DNA of 64,000 nt from the NCBI GenBank assembly GCA_022616055.1, contig JAKEFM010000086.1, positions 74,183 through 138,182 of the forward strand. The letters are read 5' to 3'. Below the pieces are notes generated by a model. It was given only the letters and a program-made list of their open reading frames with translations, had not been told where the DNA came from and ran no database searches. The position numbers and the translations under genes were made by a program. The DNA is from Planctomycetota bacterium. GTDB taxonomy: Bacteria; Planctomycetota; UBA1135; JAKEFM01. Below, piece after piece: positions 48,901 through 57,286 of the stretch; position 1 is the first letter of the stretch; the number at the start of each line of letters is the position of its first letter.

Positions 48901-49212
48901 GTGCTCGCGCTCCATCCGGTGCGACCTGGAGAAGGTCTGTTCCCCGAACCCGGGCGGCCGCGCGTGTCGCGCGAGGGTCCCGCCTCGGACCTGGTTCCCC
49001 TCGGGGACGGGAGGACGGTCCTCGTCCGAGACGTGCCGGCGAGCGCCAGGTGGACGGCCGAGATCCGGTGGGCGAAGGGGGTTCGCGTCGAGCCCGCGGA
49101 GTTCGCGCTTCTCCCGGGGGGCCACGTCGTCCTCGAGGTGTTCACGGACTCATCGCCGATCCCCCCCGATGTGCGACGCGGGTCGCCGCGATTGGGCCGA
49201 TGCCGAGAGTAG
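48901..49212 (+). CDS. C-terminal ORF of paralogue 1 (same frame as 48043..48882, separated only by the TGA at 48880)
   Basis: GDGRTVLVRDVPASARWTAEIRWAKGVRVEPAEFALLPGGHVVLEV aligns with the C terminus of paralogue 2 (GDGATVLIRDVPASPHWRAEVRRPDARGVEPAEFELVPGGHVVLDV). Confidence 0.75.
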   Translation: MLALHPVRPGEGLFPEPGRPRVSREGPASDLVPLGDGRTVLVRDVPASARWTAEIRWAKGVRVEPAEFALLPGGHVVLEVFTDSSPIPPDVRRGSPRLGRCRE

Positions 49213-49344
49213 TTACTTCGGCGTAACCTGGGGACAGGGAGTACCGCGCGCCACGGGTCAGTAGGGCGAAGCCTCGCTCCCGAGATTCGCTCTCGGCGGG
49301 ACTTTCGCGGTTCTGGCACGAGGGTTGCCCGACCTCGACGACCG

Positions 49345-50469
49345 GTGAAGGCTCTCCTCGCGGCTTCTCTGCTTGCGGTTCCTCACTTGATGGCCTCGAG
49401 CCAGCAGGAACCCACGGTCGACGAGCATCCGCGCCGCCGGCCTGCGACCCGCGCTTTCGATCCCGCCGAGAAGGACCCGGACGGCATCAGCGACTCCGCG
49501 GCTCGCGTCACGGGCCGCGTCGTTCGCATCGACAAGGAAGCATTCCCTGCCAGCGCCTTCTGGTTCCGACTGTTCGGGAACGCGCTCGAGGGAGGAGCCG
49601 AAGGGAGAGGGGAGACCCTCGACTTCAAGGTGAAGGGTGGAGTCGGCCGTTTCGAGTGGGCGCTGCTCGCCCCAGGCTGGGAACCGGCGACGGGGATCGT
49701 GGACGTGCTCGGGGGAGAGACCGCCTCGATCGGCGTCGTCCGGCTGGTCCCGGCCACCGCGATCCTCGAGGGTTGCGTGCTGGACGCGGGAGGTCGTCCA
49801 GTCGAGGGGGCGACGGTATGGCTCCATGGACTCGTCTTCCGGCCGTCCTTCCCCTTCGGCTCTACAGCTGGCCTGGAACGCGAAGGACGAACCGATCCGG
49901 CGGGGAGGTTCCGGTTCGAGCGCCTTCGGGCGGGAGACCGGTTCGTCGAAGTCCAGGCCGAGAATCTGCCGCCGATTCCTGCCGTCGCGGGCGACACCCT
50001 CTCAGCCGGAGGGCTCCGCCGGCTTCAGATCTCACCGTCCGTGGGCGCGGTGAGCCTACGCGTCCGAGGCGAGTGGAGTCGGCCGTTCCACCTCGTATTG
50101 ACCGACGACGTGCGGCGAATCGTCGTGGATTGGCCGATCGTGCCGCCGGGTTGGTCTCGGGATCCTGGGAGGATGAGATCGGGTCCCTGGCTCGGGTGCG
50201 GCATGAGGGAGTTCCAGGTCATCGAGCTCCGGCCGGCGCCTGGCGGAAGGGGCCTCCTCCCTCCCGTCGATAGGCCCTGGGTGACACGCGGTAGGGAGGT
50301 CGCCGAAGTTCAGCCCGGAGGCGACGGAGCGACGGTCCTGATCCGCGACGTCCCGGCGAGTCCGCATTGGCGGGCCGAGGTGAGGCGCCCGGACGCACGG
50401 GGAGTGGAACCGGCCGAGTTCGAGCTGGTTCCCGGAGGTCACGTCGTCCTCGATGTGCAGATGAAGTGA
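49345..50469 (+). CDS. carboxypeptidase-regulatory-like secreted protein, paralogue 2
   Basis: 374 aa with a signal peptide. GRFEWALLAPGWEP, LEGCVLDAGGRPVEGATVWL...DPAGRFRFERLRAG (CarboxypepD_reg-like). Confidence 0.8.
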   Translation: MKALLAASLLAVPHLMASSQQEPTVDEHPRRRPATRAFDPAEKDPDGISDSAARVTGRVVRIDKEAFPASAFWFRLFGNALEGGAEGRGETLDFKVKGGVGRFEWALLAPGWEPATGIVDVLGGETASIGVVRLVPATAILEGCVLDAGGRPVEGATVWLHGLVFRPSFPFGSTAGLEREGRTDPAGRFRFERLRAGDRFVEVQAENLPPIPAVAGDTLSAGGLRRLQISPSVGAVSLRVRGEWSRPFHLVLTDDVRRIVVDWPIVPPGWSRDPGRMRSGPWLGCGMREFQVIELRPAPGGRGLLPPVDRPWVTRGREVAEVQPGGDGATVLIRDVPASPHWRAEVRRPDARGVEPAEFELVPGGHVVLDVQMK

Positions 50470-50550
50470 CGGACGAGACGGGTAGCGAGCGGAGCGAACC
50501 GGGAGTGCCCCAGTCCCGTTCTTCCCGGCCCCGCCCCCGGAGTCACCCGC

Positions 50551-51627
50551 ATGAGCCTGCGGTCTCCTCGGATCGTCGCGTACGCTCTTCTCTCGATCCC
50601 CGCGGCGGCGCAGGAATCTGTTCCGAAGCGAACTCCCGTCGGGCCTTCCGCCCCGGTCGAGCCCGCCGACTTCCCGCGGATCCGGGGACGGGTCCACCTC
50701 GGGGAGTGGGGACGCCCTGCCGAGGAGGCCGAGATCCGGATTCTCGGCCCGGGGTTGGTGGGCCACGAGATCGTCTTGCTGGAGTCGGGGGCGTTCGATC
50801 TCCCCGTCGAGGGGGGCGAAGGCCGATTCGAATGGGCCATCCGTAGCAGGGGACTCGATCCGGTGCACGGGACACTCGAACTTCGCCCGCGGGGAATCGG
50901 TGACCTGGGCGAGGTCTTGCTTCTCCGCGGCTCCGGAGTTCTCGAGGGACGGGTCACCGACGCGAGAGGCTTTCCGGTCTCCGATGCCCTCGTCCGCGTG
51001 AGGTTTCCGCTCGTTCCCCTGTCCTCGGTCGATCCGGAACAACCGGGGTCGGCGAAGACGGACGCGCAGGGGCAGTTCCGAATCGAGGGGATGCCGGCGG
51101 GCCAGGGATTCGCGACCGTCGATGCGCCCGGGCTTCCGGCGATCCCGGCCCACCGCGTCGAGATGCGGGCAGGGGAGTCTCACTGGGCCGAGCTTGCACC
51201 CGTCATTGGAACGATCGAGCTTTCCGTGAGGGACGGGAGGGGCAGGTGGGACCGGGCCATCTTCCTGAGCTTGGTCGAGGAGGCACAGCGCCTTCGGATC
51301 GACTGGTGGATCCGGCCTGACGGGGAGGTCCGGTCGTTCCCGCGCCCCGCCCGCGGCGGCTCGAGCTGCTTCGCGGGGCCGGCCGACAGGATTCTTCTGC
51401 GTCGAAGGCGGGCCCGGGATGCCCGGCTGTGGGATGGGTACTGGCTGGAGATCCGGCGCGACGGAGTCCAGGCAGACGCGGATTTCCTGCCCGGCCGTTC
51501 AGGCCTACTCCTCCGAAACATGCCGGCCGGAGAATGGGCGGTCTACGTGGATGGGGAGCACTCGGAACCCTGCCAGATCGAAGTCCTCCCGGGCGGCCAC
51601 ACGAGCCTCTCGATCCTCCTCCCGTAG
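50551..51627 (+). CDS. carboxypeptidase-regulatory-like secreted protein, paralogue 3
   Basis: 358 aa with a signal peptide. GRFEWAIRSRGLDP, LEGRVTDARGFPVSDALVRV...DAQGQFRIEGMPAG. Confidence 0.8.
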   Translation: MSLRSPRIVAYALLSIPAAAQESVPKRTPVGPSAPVEPADFPRIRGRVHLGEWGRPAEEAEIRILGPGLVGHEIVLLESGAFDLPVEGGEGRFEWAIRSRGLDPVHGTLELRPRGIGDLGEVLLLRGSGVLEGRVTDARGFPVSDALVRVRFPLVPLSSVDPEQPGSAKTDAQGQFRIEGMPAGQGFATVDAPGLPAIPAHRVEMRAGESHWAELAPVIGTIELSVRDGRGRWDRAIFLSLVEEAQRLRIDWWIRPDGEVRSFPRPARGGSSCFAGPADRILLRRRRARDARLWDGYWLEIRRDGVQADADFLPGRSGLLLRNMPAGEWAVYVDGEHSEPCQIEVLPGGHTSLSILLP

Positions 51628-51735
51628 CAGTCCCCTCGATCTCCCGGCGTCTCGGAGAGAAGGGCGCTCTCCGCGCGTGGCGGCCCCCTCGCGGGTCCCC
51701 TATCATCCCCCCCCCGCGCCGCGGGAACCGACCGC

Positions 51736-52920
51736 TTGGCCGAGCCCCCCATCCGCAGGGTCGTCGTCCTCGTCATCGACGGGCTCGGCGTCGGCGCCTC
51801 CCCCGACGCGGCGAGGTTCGGGGACGAGGGGACCGACACTCTCGGGCACGCGTGCGAGGCGGTCGGCGAGGCGAAGGTCCCCACCCTGGAGGCGCTCGGC
51901 CTCGGGAACCTCCATCCGGCGAAGGGGGTGCCCCCCGCCGAGCGGCCGCGCGCGGCCTACGGCCGGATGCGGGAGGCCTCCCCCGCGAAGGACACGGTCA
52001 ACGGCCACTGGGAGATGATGGGATGCACGACGGAGAAGCCCTTCGCGACGTTCCCGAAGGGCTTTCCCCTCGAGATCGTCGAGGCGTTCAAGAAGGCGGC
52101 GGGCGTGCCGGGGCTGATGGGGAACAAGCCGGCCTCGGGGACCGAGATCCTGAAGGAGTGCGGGCCGGTCCACGAGCGCACGAGGCTGCCGATCGTCTAC
52201 ACCTCGGCCGACTCCGTCTTCCAGATCGCCGCGCACGAGAAGCTCGTGCCGCTGGCGACGCTCTACGACTGGTGCCTGGCGGCGCGGCGGGTCCTCGACC
52301 GCTGGAACGTCGCGCGGGTGATCGCCAGGCCGTTCGTCGGGACGCCCGGGAATTACACGCGGACCTACAACCGCAGGGACTTCGCGATGGCCCCTCCGAA
52401 GGAGACGGTCCTCGACCGGCTCGCCGCGAAGGGGCTCCCCGCCGTCGGAGTCGGGAAGATCCACGACATCTTCTCCGGGCGCGGGCTCTCCGGCTCGATC
52501 CACACGGAGGGGAACCGGGACGGGATGGCCGGGACCGTGGGCGCGCTCGCGGAGATGGAGGGAGGCCTCGTCTTCGCGAACCTCGTCGACACGGACATGC
52601 TCTTCGGGCACCGGCGGGACCCGAAGGGGTACGTGCGGTGCCTCGAGGAGTTCGACGACGATCTCCGGGTCCTGCTCGAACGCCTGTCGCCGTCGGACCT
52701 CCTCGCGATCACCTCCGACCACGGGTGCGACCCGACCTTCGCGAAGACGACGGACCACACGCGGGAGGACGTCCCCCTGCTCGTCCTGCGGCCCGGGGGC
52801 CCGCCGGGAGGGGACCTCGGGGTCCGGGGGACGTTCGCCGACCTCGGGGCGACGGTCGCCGAATCGCTCGGGGTGGCGCCCCCGGCGGGCGCACGCTCGT
52901 TCCTCCGCGAGATCCTCTAG
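51736..52920 (+). CDS. deoB: phosphopentomutase
   Basis: 394 aa. VVVLVIDGLGVG, VNGHWEMMG, TSDHGCDP. TTG start, with a C9 tract 20 nt upstream. Confidence 0.92.
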   Translation: MAEPPIRRVVVLVIDGLGVGASPDAARFGDEGTDTLGHACEAVGEAKVPTLEALGLGNLHPAKGVPPAERPRAAYGRMREASPAKDTVNGHWEMMGCTTEKPFATFPKGFPLEIVEAFKKAAGVPGLMGNKPASGTEILKECGPVHERTRLPIVYTSADSVFQIAAHEKLVPLATLYDWCLAARRVLDRWNVARVIARPFVGTPGNYTRTYNRRDFAMAPPKETVLDRLAAKGLPAVGVGKIHDIFSGRGLSGSIHTEGNRDGMAGTVGALAEMEGGLVFANLVDTDMLFGHRRDPKGYVRCLEEFDDDLRVLLERLSPSDLLAITSDHGCDPTFAKTTDHTREDVPLLVLRPGGPPGGDLGVRGTFADLGATVAESLGVAPPAGARSFLREIL

Positions 52921-53010
52921 GGCCGGGAGCGTCCGCGCCGGCGGGCGGAAGTCGACCCCGCCCGGGCGGAGGGGATACCATTCGCCCGCCCGTTCCCCAG
53001 GAGCCTTCCG

Positions 53011-53496
53011 ATGTCGAACAAGCGATCCTTCATGTCCTTCTGGCCGGCGGTCCCCGTCTTCCTCATCGGCGCCGGACTCGGCCTTTCCCAGGAACACCCC
53101 GAACACCCCAAGGAGAAGAAGAAGGGCGGCGCGGCCGTGACGAAGGAGGACCTCGGCGACGCGATCACCGAGTACGTCAAGAAGGACGCCCAGTTGAAGG
53201 GGGGCTACTTCCTCGTCTTCGACGCCTCCGCGAAGAAGCCCCTCGCCCTCACCCTCGAGAAGGTGCACAGGGACAAGCTCGCGCGGGTGGGCGAGAACAC
53301 CTACTTCGCGTGCGCGGACTTCAAGACCCCGGAGGGGAAGACCTACGACCTCGACGTCTTCATGAAGGGGGCCTCGAAGGATCAGCTGACGGTGACCGAG
53401 GTCGCCGTCCACAAGGAGGACGGGAAGGAGAGGTACACCTGGTCCGAGAAGGACGGGACCTGGTCGAAGAAGCCCGTCACCCCGGACAAGGGGTGA
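53011..53496 (+). CDS. secreted hypothetical protein embedded in the deo operon
   Basis: 161 aa with a signal peptide. Lys/Glu-rich mature part and good GC3. No motif I recognise. Confidence 0.6.
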   Translation: MSNKRSFMSFWPAVPVFLIGAGLGLSQEHPEHPKEKKKGGAAVTKEDLGDAITEYVKKDAQLKGGYFLVFDASAKKPLALTLEKVHRDKLARVGENTYFACADFKTPEGKTYDLDVFMKGASKDQLTVTEVAVHKEDGKERYTWSEKDGTWSKKPVTPDKG

Positions 53497-53685
53497 GCCG
53501 GCGGCGGGGGCGATCCCCGGGGGAAGGCTCCGGGGGTTGCCCACGAGCCTCGACGGCCTTGTCCCTGCGCGCGGTCCCCGGCATATAGGTGCCGAAGGGC
53601 CGCCCGGAGCCGCTTCGGAACCGCGGAGGGCGACTCTCCCTTCCCCTCCGGGGCCCTCCGGGGGCGGAGGACGGACCTCGCCCTC

Positions 53686-54993
53686 GTGCGACCCCAGGAC
53701 CTGATCCGGATCAAGCGCGACGGCGGCGCGCTGAACGCCGAGCAGATCCGGGCCTTCGTCCGCGGCGTGACGAGCGGGGAGATCCCCGACTACCAGACCT
53801 CCGCCCTCCTGATGGCGATCTTCCTCCGCGGGATGAACCGCGACGAGACGGTCGCCCTCACGCGGTCGATGATCGAGTCGGGGAGCCGGGCCGACCTCTC
53901 CTCGATCCCCGGCCTCAAGGTCGACAAGCACTCGACGGGCGGCGTCGGGGACAAGACCTCGATCCCGCTCGCGGCGCTCGTCGCGGCCTGCGGCGTGTCC
54001 GTCCCGATGATCTCGGGGCGCGGGCTGGGGCACACGGGGGGGACGCTCGACAAGCTCGAGTCGATCAAGGGATTCCGGACGAACCTCCCGATCCCCGAGT
54101 TCGTCGACACGGTCCGGAAGGTGGGGGCGTGCCTGATCGGCCAGACGGCCGACCTCGCCCCGGCGGACAAGAAGCTCTACGCGCTGCGGGACGTGACGGC
54201 GACGGTGGAGTGCCCGCCCCTCATCGCCTCCTCGATCCTCTCGAAGAAGGCGGCCGAGGGGATCGACGCCCTGGTGATGGACGTGAAGACGGGGAGCGGG
54301 TCGTTCCTGAAGGGGCTCGAGCGTTGCCGCGAGCTCGCCCGCACGATCGTCGAGGTCGGGACGGGGCTCGGGCTGAGGGTCGTCGCCTTCCTCACGGACA
54401 TGGACCAGCCGCTCGGGCGCGCCGTCGGCAACGCCCTCGAGATCGAGGAGTCGATCGAGTGCCTGAAGGGGAAGGGGCCGAGCGATCTCGAGACGCTCGT
54501 CGTCGAGATGGCGGCCGAGATGCTCGTGCTGGCAGGCACGGCGAAGCTGATCGATCCGGCGCGGGAGCGGATCCGCTTCGCGATCCGCGACGGGACGGGG
54601 CTGAAGAAGCTCCGCGAGATCGTCGTCGCCCAGGGGGGGAACGGAAAGGTCGTGGAGGAGCCCTCCAGGCTGCCGCAGGCGGAGCGATCGACGCCGTTCC
54701 CCTCGCCCTCGAGCGGCTTCGTCACGGCGATGGACGCCGAGGCGGTCGGCCTCGCCGCGATGGCGCTCGGAGCCGGCCGCCGCACGGTCGAGGACCGGAT
54801 CGACCCGGCCGCGGGGATCCTGCTCCGCAAGAAGCTCGGCGACCGCGTCGAGAAGGGCGAGCCGCTCCTCGAGCTCCGGCACGCGGAGGCGACGCCGCTC
54901 GAGGAGGCCCGAGCGTTCCTCTCCCGGGCCTACCGGTTCGGCTCCGCGCCGCCGCCGGGGCGGCCGGTCGTCCTCGGGAGGATCCTCGGTTGA
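53686..54993 (+). CDS. deoA: thymidine/pyrimidine-nucleoside phosphorylase
   Basis: 435 aa. DKHSTGGVGDKTS and SGRGLGHTGGTLDKLESI motifs. GTG start. Confidence 0.93.
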   Translation: MRPQDLIRIKRDGGALNAEQIRAFVRGVTSGEIPDYQTSALLMAIFLRGMNRDETVALTRSMIESGSRADLSSIPGLKVDKHSTGGVGDKTSIPLAALVAACGVSVPMISGRGLGHTGGTLDKLESIKGFRTNLPIPEFVDTVRKVGACLIGQTADLAPADKKLYALRDVTATVECPPLIASSILSKKAAEGIDALVMDVKTGSGSFLKGLERCRELARTIVEVGTGLGLRVVAFLTDMDQPLGRAVGNALEIEESIECLKGKGPSDLETLVVEMAAEMLVLAGTAKLIDPARERIRFAIRDGTGLKKLREIVVAQGGNGKVVEEPSRLPQAERSTPFPSPSSGFVTAMDAEAVGLAAMALGAGRRTVEDRIDPAAGILLRKKLGDRVEKGEPLLELRHAEATPLEEARAFLSRAYRFGSAPPPGRPVVLGRILG

Positions 54994-55006
54994 GGAAGAC
55001 GCGCCC

Positions 55007-56407
55007 GTGAAACGGCCCGCCGCGGGAGGGAGGCGGTTCCTCGGGGGGTTCGGGCCGATTCTCGCCGCCGGGGGGGCGCTCCTCCTCCTCGGTGGGATGG
55101 CCCACGCCCAGGGGACGCTCGGGACGCAGGAGGCGGCCCTCGCGCACGAGGAGGTCTCCTGGCTGGGGAGGGCGCGGAGCCTCCTCGGCTACGTCCTCAT
55201 GCTCGGGATCGCCTTCGCCCTCTCGAGCGACCGGAGGCGGGTCTCGGCGCGGACCCTCCTCTGGGGCGTCGCCCTCCAGTTCGGATTCGGCCTCCTCGTG
55301 CTCAAGACGCCCGTCGGCCGCGGGTTCTTCGACGCGGTGAACTCGGGCTTCAAGAGCCTCCTCGGGTTCACGGCGAAGGGGAGCGGCTTCCTCCTCGAGC
55401 GGTTCGACACGAAGCAGGTCGATCCGGCCCTCGGGAACTTCGTCTTCCAGGTGCTCCCGACGATCATCTTCTTCGCTTCGCTGATGGCGGTGCTCTACCA
55501 CCTCGGCGTGATGCAGCTCGTGGTCGGGGCGATGGGGAAGGCGATGCAGCGCACGATGGGGACCTCCGGGGCAGAGTCCCTCTCCGCCGCCGCCAACATC
55601 TTCGTCGGGCAGACCGAGGCGCCCCTCCTCATCCGGCCGTTCGTCGGAAAGATGACGCGCTCCGAGCTGATGGCGGTCATGGTCGGCGGCTTCGCGACGA
55701 TCGCCGGCGGCGTCATGGCGGCGTACGTCGCGTTCCTGGGCCGGCGGTTCCCCGACATCGCGGGGCACCTGATGGCCGCGAGCGTGATGAACGCGCCCGC
55801 GGGGCTCCTCCTCGCGAAACTCATGGTCCCCGAGACGGAGGAGCCGGCCACCCGGGGAACGCTGAGGATCCACATCGAGCGCCCCGATCCCAACGTGATC
55901 GGCGCAGCCGCGCGCGGCGCGGGCGAGGGAATGGGCCTCGTCCTCAACGTCGCGGCCATGCTCCTCGCCTTCGTCGGGCTGATCGCGCTCCTCAACGCCC
56001 TCCTCGGGTGGAGCGGCGGTCTCGTCGGCGCGGAAGGGGTCACGCTCCAGACGATCCTCGGGAACGTCCTGCGGCCGGTCGCGTGGCTCCTCGGCTGCAA
56101 CTGGGCCGACGCCGGCACCGTCGGCTACCTCCTCGGCGAGAAGGTCGTCCTGAACGAGTTCGTCAGCTACTCGCACCTGGGGGAGGTGCTCGCCTCCGCG
56201 AGCGCCCCCACGGACCGCTCGGCCACGATCGCCTCCTACGCCCTCCTCGGCTTCGCGAACTTCTCCTCGATCGCCATCCAGATCGGCGGCATCGGCGGGC
56301 TCGCCCCCGAGCGTCGGGGGGACCTCGCGCGGCTCGGGCTGCGGGCGATGGTCGCGGGGACGCTCGCCGCCTACATGTCGGCCGCGATCGCCGGGATCCT
56401 CGTCTAG
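55007..56407 (+). CDS. nupC: NupC/concentrative nucleoside transporter family protein
   Basis: 466 aa, multi-TM. NIFVGQTEAPLLIRPF and GGFATIAGGVMAAY motifs. GTG start. Confidence 0.9.
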   Translation: MKRPAAGGRRFLGGFGPILAAGGALLLLGGMAHAQGTLGTQEAALAHEEVSWLGRARSLLGYVLMLGIAFALSSDRRRVSARTLLWGVALQFGFGLLVLKTPVGRGFFDAVNSGFKSLLGFTAKGSGFLLERFDTKQVDPALGNFVFQVLPTIIFFASLMAVLYHLGVMQLVVGAMGKAMQRTMGTSGAESLSAAANIFVGQTEAPLLIRPFVGKMTRSELMAVMVGGFATIAGGVMAAYVAFLGRRFPDIAGHLMAASVMNAPAGLLLAKLMVPETEEPATRGTLRIHIERPDPNVIGAAARGAGEGMGLVLNVAAMLLAFVGLIALLNALLGWSGGLVGAEGVTLQTILGNVLRPVAWLLGCNWADAGTVGYLLGEKVVLNEFVSYSHLGEVLASASAPTDRSATIASYALLGFANFSSIAIQIGGIGGLAPERRGDLARLGLRAMVAGTLAAYMSAAIAGILV

Positions 56408-57246
56408 TGCCGGCCGCGCTCGACCTCCCCGCCCGCGTCGAGGCCGCCGCCGCGGCGCTCAAGCGCGCGACGAAGGAGACGCCGAAGGTCGGGGTCGTCC
56501 TCGGCTCGGGGCTCGGCGCGTTCGCCGAGGCGCTCGAGGGGAAGAAGGCCGTCCCCTACGCGAAGGTCCCCCACTTTCCGCGCCCCGCGGTGGCAGGCCA
56601 CGGGGGGCGCGTCGTCTTCGGACGGTGCGAGGGGGTCGCGCTCGCCGTCCTCGAGGGGCGGGCCCACTACTACGAAGGACACCCCCTCGAGGACGCGACG
56701 CTGCCGATCCGGGCGCTCGCCGCGCTCGGGGCGAAGGCGCTCCTCCTCACGAACGCGGCGGGCGGGATCCGCTCCGACCTGCGGCCGGGGGACCTGATGG
56801 TCATCGTCGACCACCTGAACCTGCTCGGGGCGAACCCGCTGCGGGGGCCCCACGACGAGCGCCTCGGGACGCGCTTCGTCGACCTCACGAGCGCCTACGA
56901 CCCGGGCCTCATCGAGATCCTCCGGGCGGCGGCGCACGCCTGCTCCTTCGAGGTCCGCCGCGGGGTCTACGCGGCGATGGCGGGACCCTCCTACGAGACG
57001 CCCGCGGAGATCCGGATGCTGCGGACGATGGGCGCCGACGCGGTCGGGATGTCGACCGTCCCGGAGGTGATCGTCGCGCGGCAGTGCGGGCAGCGGGTCG
57101 CCGCGATCTCCGCGATCACGAACCCGGCGGCGGGGATGTCGGGGCGCCCCCTCTCCCACGAGGAGGTCCTCGAGTCGGGCCGGAAGGTGGCCGACCGCCT
57201 CACGCGGCTGCTGCAGACGGCGATCCCCCAGGTCGCCGCGTTGTAG
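56407..57246 (+). CDS. punA: purine nucleoside phosphorylase (trimeric PNP/MTAP family)
   Basis: The GTG at 56407 overlaps the nupC TAG by 1 nt. VVLGSGLG, GRAHYYEG, GPSYETPAEIRMLRTMGADAVGMSTVPE. Confidence 0.9.
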   Translation: MPAALDLPARVEAAAAALKRATKETPKVGVVLGSGLGAFAEALEGKKAVPYAKVPHFPRPAVAGHGGRVVFGRCEGVALAVLEGRAHYYEGHPLEDATLPIRALAALGAKALLLTNAAGGIRSDLRPGDLMVIVDHLNLLGANPLRGPHDERLGTRFVDLTSAYDPGLIEILRAAAHACSFEVRRGVYAAMAGPSYETPAEIRMLRTMGADAVGMSTVPEVIVARQCGQRVAAISAITNPAAGMSGRPLSHEEVLESGRKVADRLTRLLQTAIPQVAAL

Positions 57247-57286
57247 GGCTCGGGTCCGCCCGCACCTCTCGGGAGCCGCGCGGCCG

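Larger units (their letters stand above)
48043..51627 (+). repeat. tandem array of three paralogous genes in a lower-GC block
   Basis: The three consecutive same-strand genes share domain order and several near-identical motifs (see the individual entries). Confidence 0.8.
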
